Assembly: GCA_040260805.1 (NCBI GenBank)
Contig: JBDQPD010000113.1
Location: 1 to 10,954 of the forward strand
Length of the DNA: 10,954 nt
From: Myxococcota bacterium
Lineage (GTDB): Bacteria > Myxococcota > UBA4151
Direction: 5' to 3'
Part shown: positions 1 to 6,250 of the stretch, piece by piece
Layout: the number at the start of each line of letters is the position of its first letter
Numbering within the stretch: the stretch's first letter is position 1
Position numbers and translations under genes: made by a program
Notes under the pieces: model-generated
Database searches by the model: none
Told to the model about the DNA's origin: nothing
What the model saw: only the letters and a program-made list of their open reading frames with translations

Positions 1-2
1 GC

Positions 3-2663
3 GACGGCGACGGCGTGGCCGATGGCTTTGACCCGGATGACGACGGCGACGGTATGCCGGATTTAGAAGAGCTCACGCCAGGTAGTGATGGTCGCACGAG
101 CGATCATCGCGAAGATGAGGGGCAAAATATCCCGCCGGGTAATCTAGTAGCTAGCGCCGATGGCGTGGTTGCGATCCTCGGTGAGGGCACGGTTAATCAA
201 CGCACCGAAGCGGACGAGTTTAGAACGCTGATCGATCGTCACCATGCCACGTTTGGCAACACGCTGGTGACGCCCATTTATGAGGTCCAAGCGGACACGA
301 CGAGCGACCCTAAACTGCTCGTCCAGCTCTTTGGCTACCGAGGCGATGAAGAGACGCTGCGTTTGGTGGTGGGCTCTCAAACGAACCCGAGCTGGCTCAA
401 TGAGCGTGAGCTGCCTGGCGTTAATTTAGACTGCGAGGACGTCGGTCGAGGCCGTAAAACCTGCCCGGTGGATGCGCTGAGGCAGGATCTCGATGGTGAG
501 GCGTATCTGGTCTTTGTTTCAACCTCAGGAGCGACCGTCACCCCGCTGTGCGGAAACGGTCAGGTCGAAGGCGACGAGGAATGCGACGACGGCAACCTAG
601 TGGACACCGATAGCTGCTTGACCAATTGCCGCACCGCACGTTGCGGCGACTCGTTCGTTCACGCTGACGTGGAAGCCTGCGATGATGGAAACATGAGCAA
701 CGACGACGCTTGCGTTGGCGATCAATGCGCTGTCGCGCGCTGCGGTGACGGGTACGTCCGAGCTGACCTCGCTGACGATAGCCCTGACTTTGAAGCCTGC
801 GACGACGGGAACGACGAGAACCCAGAAGATGGGTGCCATGAATGTCAAAACCCTCGTTGCGGCGACGGCGTCGTGACCGAGGGCGAAGAATGCGATGATG
901 GAAATGTCGCCAACACCGACTCCTGCACTAGCGAATGTCGCCCTTATCGATGTGGCGATGGCTACGTCAATCTGGACCTGCCGGGTAACGCTGACGACTT
1001 TGAGGGGTGCGATGACGGCAACGACGACGACAACGACGGGTGCCGAAACAACTGCCTTAAGGAGATGCTGCCCGGGCGCTTGGTCAGCAGCGCATTTGGT
1101 GGCTGCCGCCGAACGGTCGATGGGTACTGGTCATGCTGGGGCTTGCGCACTAGTGGTCAGTTTGGAGCGGGTGATGGTCTCTGGGACCCCACGGGCACCC
1201 CATCGGGGTTGTCGGCGCCTACGACCTTAGTCGCCGGAGCCAATCATTACTGCGCTTTGACTGGCGACGGTTTGGTCAGTTGCTGGGGCGACTCGTCGAG
1301 TCGTCAAGCCGGTACGCAGAGTAATCAGGCGCTCACGCCGGTCGCTTTACCTTTGGCTCAGGTGACGAGTTTATCGGCTGGTCATGCGCTGAGCTGCGCA
1401 ACAAAAATTGATGGCAGCACCTATTGTTGGGGAGCGCTCGACGCCGATAATCTGACGCATGTGCCGCAGCGTGTAGCAGCCGGTCAGACGACCCGTCGTC
1501 TGTTTAGCGTTCTTGATGGGGTCTGCGGTCAGCGAGGCGACGGCAGCGTGTGGTGCCAAGGGAACAACGTTCACGGTAGTCTGGGCACGGCTCAGCAAGG
1601 CATGCTGGATCCGCAAGTGGTCTCGGCTTGGGGGCGCCCTGCACAGATGCAGGGTTCGCAGTGGGCGCAGACTCATGATGAACAAGATGACCTGGCGTGT
1701 GCGATCGGTAACATGGAGGGGTGTCACAACCACACCTGCGCGCTGACTCAAAATGGGATGGTTGTCTGCGCTGGCAACAATGCGTGGGGGCAGGTGGAAA
1801 ACTCCGGTACCAATAACGTCCGGGAGCCGGTGGTGAACTTTAACGGTGCGGTGCGCCAGGTCGCAGTGGGTGGCTACCACACCTGCGTTCTCGACTACTC
1901 ATTCGAGCGAAACGTCTACTGCTGGGGCTACAACGGAGCCGGCCAGCTAGGGTTCACGGCTGATCAAGAACGTCACCCTGTCCCTCGACCCGTTCCCGAG
2001 CTTACCGGCGTTGAAGAGGTGGTCGCAGGCGCACTGCATACCTGCGTCTTGATCGGCCAAGACGAGGTCCGTTGTTTTGGTTCGGGTGATCAAGGTCAGT
2101 TGGGCAACGAGGTGGGCAGCACTCACCTGCCTCAGAGCATTGAAGGGCTTTGGGTGGGGCGCCAACCTGTCTTTAACTCCGAGCGCCCGATGCTGGGTCG
2201 CGTTGGCGATGAATACGTCTACACCCCGAACGTTGTCGACGAGGACGGTGATCCGCTAACGGTGGATGGTGGGTGCCTTAATGATGACCGTATGCCCCTA
2301 ACCCCCCCTGCTGTGGTGGTGAATGGAACGCTTCGCTTTACGCCAGCAGGCGGCGGAACGCTTCATTGTGAGCTTCAGGCTAGCGACGGCACGGGTCGCC
2401 ATGCGAAGCAAAGCTGGAACTTTGAGTTGCGTACAGCAGATCAAAATGTAGATCCGATCGTCTGTTCAGAGGCGGACGAAGATCAGGACGGGTTCACGAA
2501 TTGCGGTGAAGATGACGTGGCGGGTACCGCCGATGATGATTGCGACGATAACAATGCCGGCATCAACCCGAACGCTTTTGAGCGCTGTGATCAGTTCGAC
2601 AACAACTGCAATGGTTGGATCGATGAGATCTGTGTCGAAGACGATGGAAGAGACCGCGGCTGA
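3..2663 (+). CDS. Large extracellular/surface mosaic protein, 5'-truncated by the window edge (DxDGDG repeats, Myxococcus Cys-rich repeats, RCC1-like propeller, cadherin/Ig-like domain, MopE-like motif)
   Basis: The frame is open from nt 3 (GAC GGC GAC GGC GTG = DGDGVADGFDPDDDGDGMPD), so GTG at 15 is probably internal. Domains: CG[ND]x..ExCDDGN..C..C repeats 549-1055; HxC..CWG..GQLG-type blades ~1075-2140; PVF..VGDEYVYTPNVVDEDGDPLT..ASDG 2163-2432; DxDQDGF..DCDDNNAGINPNAFERCDQFDNNCNGWIDE ~2463-2633. Stop TGA 2661-2663. Confidence 0.9.
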   Translation, partial: DGDGVADGFDPDDDGDGMPDLEELTPGSDGRTSDHREDEGQNIPPGNLVASADGVVAILGEGTVNQRTEADEFRTLIDRHHATFGNTLVTPIYEVQADTTSDPKLLVQLFGYRGDEETLRLVVGSQTNPSWLNERELPGVNLDCEDVGRGRKTCPVDALRQDLDGEAYLVFVSTSGATVTPLCGNGQVEGDEECDDGNLVDTDSCLTNCRTARCGDSFVHADVEACDDGNMSNDDACVGDQCAVARCGDGYVRADLADDSPDFEACDDGNDENPEDGCHECQNPRCGDGVVTEGEECDDGNVANTDSCTSECRPYRCGDGYVNLDLPGNADDFEGCDDGNDDDNDGCRNNCLKEMLPGRLVSSAFGGCRRTVDGYWSCWGLRTSGQFGAGDGLWDPTGTPSGLSAPTTLVAGANHYCALTGDGLVSCWGDSSSRQAGTQSNQALTPVALPLAQVTSLSAGHALSCATKIDGSTYCWGALDADNLTHVPQRVAAGQTTRRLFSVLDGVCGQRGDGSVWCQGNNVHGSLGTAQQGMLDPQVVSAWGRPAQMQGSQWAQTHDEQDDLACAIGNMEGCHNHTCALTQNGMVVCAGNNAWGQVENSGTNNVREPVVNFNGAVRQVAVGGYHTCVLDYSFERNVYCWGYNGAGQLGFTADQERHPVPRPVPELTGVEEVVAGALHTCVLIGQDEVRCFGSGDQGQLGNEVGSTHLPQSIEGLWVGRQPVFNSERPMLGRVGDEYVYTPNVVDEDGDPLTVDGGCLNDDRMPLTPPAVVVNGTLRFTPAGGGTLHCELQASDGTGRHAKQSWNFELRTADQNVDPIVCSEADEDQDGFTNCGEDDVAGTADDDCDDNNAGINPNAFERCDQFDNNCNGWIDEICVEDDGRDRG
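549..1055 (+). repeat. Five tandem Myxococcus cysteine-rich repeats (TIGR02232/DUF4215-like), coding
   Basis: Units: CGNGQVEGDEECDDGNLVDTDSCLTNC; CGDSFVHADVEACDDGNMSNDDACVGDQC; CGDGYVRADLADDSPDFEACDDGNDENPEDGCHEC; CGDGVVTEGEECDDGNVANTDSCTSEC; CGDGYVNLDLPGNADDFEGCDDGNDDDNDGCRNNC. Confidence 0.9.
1075..2140 (+). repeat. Seven RCC1/BLIP-II-like repeats (predicted beta-propeller), coding
   Basis: Seven C..G.V.C[WQAF]G units, e.g. LVAGANHYCALTGDGLVSCWG, VAVGGYHTCVL..NVYCWGYNGAGQLG, VVAGALHTCVLIGQDEVRCFGSGDQGQLG. Boundaries are approximate. Confidence 0.85.
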
Positions 2664-2769
2664 TCGGGATCACTAACTCTGAGTTGATAACCTTTTGTCA
2701 GTGGATCGCACTCTTGCGCTCAACCGCGAGCCGCTGCCTCAGTCTAAGGTGAGGACCAAGGCGCCAAGT

Positions 2770-4980
2770 TTACTCACTACCGAACCGTCGAGCGAGCGCC
2801 TCTTTGGTGCTATCGTCCATTTTATCGAGCCACTGATCGGCGAGTCGCAGGCTGCCTGTGTAGTCCGTACGGTCCGCTTGCAGGATGGCTTTGGCGTCCT
2901 TGAGCTTCACGCCTTCAGGTAGGCCGTAATGCGACTTGATCGCACTAAAGACGGCTTGGTCGTTGTAGCCTTGGTCGTATTTTAAGCTCGCCACCGCGGT
3001 CATCAAGCCGGTCACCGCTGACTTGACCGGATCTTTGATCGGAAAGTCCGCTTCGGTGCTGGCGAGGTGGTTGTGGTACTCGACCATGGTGATGGCGCGC
3101 AGCGCCTCTTCTGAGGCGCCGCTGTAGCGGTCATTGACCTGCATTTTGTAGAACTGGCGACCGTCTTCGGTCACCGTGTCAAACGCAACGATAGCGTCGC
3201 CCTCTTTGCCTTGAAAGTAGCCGTCGGACACGATGCGCCCTTTGTGGCTGAACTTGTCGTAGGTGGGGTTGTACAAGTCGATGGTGTTGGCAAAATGACT
3301 CGCACGAGCCGGGAGCTCGCCATTGAGTTTGCCTTCAGCCGGTTTCGTAGGCGTCAAGCTGCCTGAGGGCTGCGCCCCGACCTTGACGGTCTCGATGTTG
3401 AAGTGGCGATCGATCAAATCCGCTGAGCCATCACCGTCCCCGTCCAAGAAGCGCGCGTTGAACTGCGTATCGATCGGGGTCAGGTAGTTGCCGAGCTCCT
3501 TGTGGTGCCGACGACCCACCGCTCGCTTGCGGATGTTGTCACCGATGGTCTGCCAATCGTCTTGCCTAAGCGCGCCCTCAATCATCTCGGTCAGGGCCTT
3601 GGCGTCCTCGCCGGTGGTGAACTGCTTGCCCCCACCATCGGTGGGTTTGGTGTAGAAGTACGAGCTGTTAAAGGTGGTCACGAGCTGCGCTTCCGGGAAC
3701 GCTTTGCGCACGCCGTCGAGGTTGTCTTTGCCCGAGCACAGCCCAAGGAAGACCAGCTTGTCTTTGCCGGTAGCCTCTGGGGCGTTGTCTAAGCTCTTGC
3801 GGGTGTTGCCGCCTAAGTTCGAGTGACCGCCGTAGACGATCATGTCGTATTTGGGGTTGTCGATGTCCTTGAAGCTGTCTTTGCTAAAATGCCTCAAGTC
3901 GATGTTTACGGTGTATTCCTCACCGTTTACCGTCTTCTTCATCTGCAGATGGCGTGGGTCGCGGTGTCCACCTTCGGTGATTTTTGAGTAGCCACGCTCT
4001 TGCAAGAATTCGGTCATACCCTCGTAGAAGTTTTCGCCGTGTCCGGCCGCATAGCTGATGTTGAGCTCGCGTTTTCCGTCGGCAAACCACTTATCGTAGG
4101 GAAGCGTTGTCGGCGCGATCTGTGCCTTCATGCCGTCGACCTCCTTTTGCAGGTCGGCAGGAAGAAAGGCGCGCTGCTGAACCGCATTAAAGATCATCGA
4201 ATCTTTAAGCCCACCGACGGTCTCGGTGCGAACCATCTGGGCGTATTGCGTAAAGGCGGCTCGTTTGAGCTGACCCTCTTCGCCTTCGTTGCCCAAGCCC
4301 CGGATGAGCTCATGGGTGAGGGTTGCGGCGGCGCTTCGCGCTTTGGCTTTCTCATCGGCGGGTAGGCTCTCGTGCGATTCGACCTTGCTCAAGAGTGATT
4401 GGATCTCGCCGAGCGCTTTGGCGCGCACGGTGGTTGAGACTTGGTTGTGACTAAACAGGTCGCGTCCGTCGGCGAGCTGATCTGCAGCTTCAGCAGCCCG
4501 GCTCAAACCGGCGATGCGTCCTTCGAGTGGGCGGGTGGCGTCGGTCTCGGTCGAAAACACGCCCTCATTGGAGAGCATGATCGGCGAAGAAGAAGGCTCA
4601 AGGCTGCGGCTCGGGTCGTGAGCGACCGGCGCGCCGAGCTGGTGGTTGAGCTCGACCGCAAGGTCACTGCGGACGCTCACGGCGCCAGATTGACCTTCGA
4701 TTCGGAGCGAGCTTGAGTTGCCCGATTCCACAGCGGCGTTGAGCGCCGCCGCTTGCTCGCTGCTCAGGCGACCTGCATCAATTTGAAGATGCTTGGTCGA
4801 GATGCCGCTCCAGTTCGACTCGCTGCGCACGAACAGATCAATCTTGCCGTCAGCGGCGTCGGCGCTGGTACGGCCTGTGGCAGCCGGGTTGCTGTTGCTG
4901 ACTTGATCGATCTGTTTGGCGTCGATCTCGTGCAGTTGACCGTTGCGAGGGTCGGTGACCTTGAGGGTAATGCGTGGCAT
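2770..4980 (-). CDS. Uncharacterised ~736-aa protein with a putative clan CD (caspase/CHAT/separase/gingipain-like) cysteine peptidase domain
   Basis: Long ORF with no stop codon. ATG at 4980 is preferred over 4992 because GGAG (4990-4987) lies 6 nt upstream of it. Motifs are DMIVYGGHS (His codon 3823-3825) and KLVFLGLCSG (Cys codon 3736-3738), plus a DGDGDGSAD loop at 3418-3444. No signal peptide or TM segment is visible. The CDS itself is secure; the function is an inference. Confidence 0.75.
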   Translation of the reverse strand: MPRITLKVTDPRNGQLHEIDAKQIDQVSNSNPAATGRTSADAADGKIDLFVRSESNWSGISTKHLQIDAGRLSSEQAAALNAAVESGNSSSLRIEGQSGAVSVRSDLAVELNHQLGAPVAHDPSRSLEPSSSPIMLSNEGVFSTETDATRPLEGRIAGLSRAAEAADQLADGRDLFSHNQVSTTVRAKALGEIQSLLSKVESHESLPADEKAKARSAAATLTHELIRGLGNEGEEGQLKRAAFTQYAQMVRTETVGGLKDSMIFNAVQQRAFLPADLQKEVDGMKAQIAPTTLPYDKWFADGKRELNISYAAGHGENFYEGMTEFLQERGYSKITEGGHRDPRHLQMKKTVNGEEYTVNIDLRHFSKDSFKDIDNPKYDMIVYGGHSNLGGNTRKSLDNAPEATGKDKLVFLGLCSGKDNLDGVRKAFPEAQLVTTFNSSYFYTKPTDGGGKQFTTGEDAKALTEMIEGALRQDDWQTIGDNIRKRAVGRRHHKELGNYLTPIDTQFNARFLDGDGDGSADLIDRHFNIETVKVGAQPSGSLTPTKPAEGKLNGELPARASHFANTIDLYNPTYDKFSHKGRIVSDGYFQGKEGDAIVAFDTVTEDGRQFYKMQVNDRYSGASEEALRAITMVEYHNHLASTEADFPIKDPVKSAVTGLMTAVASLKYDQGYNDQAVFSAIKSHYGLPEGVKLKDAKAILQADRTDYTGSLRLADQWLDKMDDSTKEALARRFGSE

Positions 4981-5054
4981 ACTGAACTCCATAAATCATT
5001 CGGTGTGCGAGGTCAGCCTAAGAGGGCGGCGTCGTCGCGGCAAGCTTGGTGCAT

Positions 5055-5082
5055 TTATCGGGCATTTCAACGAAAGGTTTCC
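5055..5082 (-). promoter_or_regulatory. Putative sigma28 (FliA/WhiG)-like promoter for the minus-strand 736-aa gene
   Basis: The minus strand reads GGAAACCTTTCGTTGAAATGCCCGATAA, i.e. GAAA-N15-CCCGATAA against the consensus TAAA-N15-GCCGATAA. Spacing is exact, with one mismatch per box, about 75 nt upstream of ATG 4980. Confidence 0.5.
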
Positions 5083-5143
5083 CGACAGTTGACCGACTCG
5101 CGCAAAAGATGATCCACCCACCTCGACCCTGAAGGAAGATAAC

Positions 5144-6250
5144 GTGTCCGGACGCCCTAAATTATGCCCCAAATGCCGTAAGCTGGTCGGCGCTGATGAT
5201 CAGACCTGTTACCAGTGCGGAGCCGACTTGGGATTGCGTGGTCGTTTGGTGGCTGGCGCCACGCGGCAGGCGATGACAGCGGGCGAGGGGACGCCCTGGT
5301 GGCGCCTGGTGTTGCTCGCTAATGTCGCCTTGTTCGTGATCGGTCTCGTGGTCACGATGCGCAGCGGCGCTGGGGTCGGTGGCGGCGGCATTTTTGGCAT
5401 GCTCAGCCCGAGTAACTCGGTCCAGCTCCAGCTTGGTCTACAGGTTCAGCAGTTGGTCCTTAGCGGCGACTGGTGGCGTTTGATCACCTGTTTGTTTCTG
5501 CACGGTGGCCTCATGCACTTGGGCTTTAATATGTACTTTTTGGCTCAGCTTGGGCCGACCGCCGAGCAGCTCTTTGGCAACCGCGGTTTCCTGCTTATCT
5601 ACATCCTCGGCGGCTTGCTCGGCTCACTGGTCGAGCTGGTGCTTGGTAACCCGGTTTTGGGCGCAAGCGGCTCAATCATGGCCTTGATCGGAGCGCTCGC
5701 AGGACTCGGCTTTAGCCGGTCGGGGACCTGGAAAAATGAACTCACCCAAGAGATGATCAAGATCCTTTTGTTCGTCACGGTCTTTGGTCTGATTGTCGGC
5801 AGCGTGGCGCATGGTGCGCACCTTGGTGGCTTTATCGGTGGGGTCTTGACCTTCTTATTGGTCCAAGCTTTGCGCCGTCGACGTGCTCAAGGGGTTCTCA
5901 AGGGCTTGAGTTGGGCAACGACCGCATTGGTAATCGGTAGCTTCGTTCTGATGGGAATGAACCTGAAACAGCCGACGCTGCAGGAGCTCCAAGCCTACGA
6001 GCGTTGTGTTCAGCAAGGTGTCCAAACCTTGGTGTCGATGGCGGGTAAAAAGCAAAAGGAGCCGAACTGGGCGTGTTACGATGAGTTGCGCCCGGCCTTG
6101 AGTGGGCCGCCTGCTGAGGTGCTCGATGGGCTCGGTGATTTGATGCGTCAGCCCGATGTACCTGGTGGCGAGGACCGACTTAAAGCGCTGATCGATCAGC
6201 ACAGCACCTGGCTCGAAGCTGAAGCCAGACGATTTGGACTCGGTCGATGA
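5144..6250 (+). CDS. Rhomboid-family intramembrane serine protease with N-terminal zinc ribbon and C-terminal soluble extension
   Basis: GAAGGAAG RBS at 5131-5138 before GTG. Rhomboid motifs: WWRLITCLFLHGGLMHLGFN, catalytic GASG (Ser175, nt 5666-5668) and AHGAHLGGFIGG (His226, nt 5819-5821). About 7 hydrophobic segments. CPKC-x10-CYQC at 5165-5218. Confidence 0.95.
   Translation: MSGRPKLCPKCRKLVGADDQTCYQCGADLGLRGRLVAGATRQAMTAGEGTPWWRLVLLANVALFVIGLVVTMRSGAGVGGGGIFGMLSPSNSVQLQLGLQVQQLVLSGDWWRLITCLFLHGGLMHLGFNMYFLAQLGPTAEQLFGNRGFLLIYILGGLLGSLVELVLGNPVLGASGSIMALIGALAGLGFSRSGTWKNELTQEMIKILLFVTVFGLIVGSVAHGAHLGGFIGGVLTFLLVQALRRRRAQGVLKGLSWATTALVIGSFVLMGMNLKQPTLQELQAYERCVQQGVQTLVSMAGKKQKEPNWACYDELRPALSGPPAEVLDGLGDLMRQPDVPGGEDRLKALIDQHSTWLEAEARRFGLGR

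Noticed and set aside
15..17. GTG start for the 882-aa ORF
   Set aside because: The frame is open to the window edge, GTG lies inside a DGDGVAD repeat, and no signal peptide follows. The true start is upstream.
549..1055. CRISPR array or DGR-type repeat
   Set aside because: The repeats are in-frame protein repeats diverged at synonymous sites. There are no identical repeat-spacer units, no adenine-specific variation, and no cas or RT gene.
2664..2769. Intrinsic terminator or small RNA between the convergent genes (AACTC-T-GAGTT, TGATAA-CCTT-TTGTCA, CCTCA-N8-TGAGG)
   Set aside because: Only 5-6 bp stems, no strong GC hairpin with a U-tract, and no recognisable RNA family.
3067..3105. ALRAITMVEYHNH as a zincin HExxH motif
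   Set aside because: The first His is replaced by Val, so there is no canonical HExxH. At most it is a degenerate remnant.
4990..4992. ATG start given by the ORF track for the 740-aa ORF
   Set aside because: No SD lies upstream of it, whereas GGAG sits 6 nt before the in-frame ATG at 4980.
5144..6250. Rhombosortase acting on the upstream surface protein
   Set aside because: No GlyGly-CTERM/MYXO-CTERM tail on any protein in the window, and the architecture is longer than a minimal rhombosortase.
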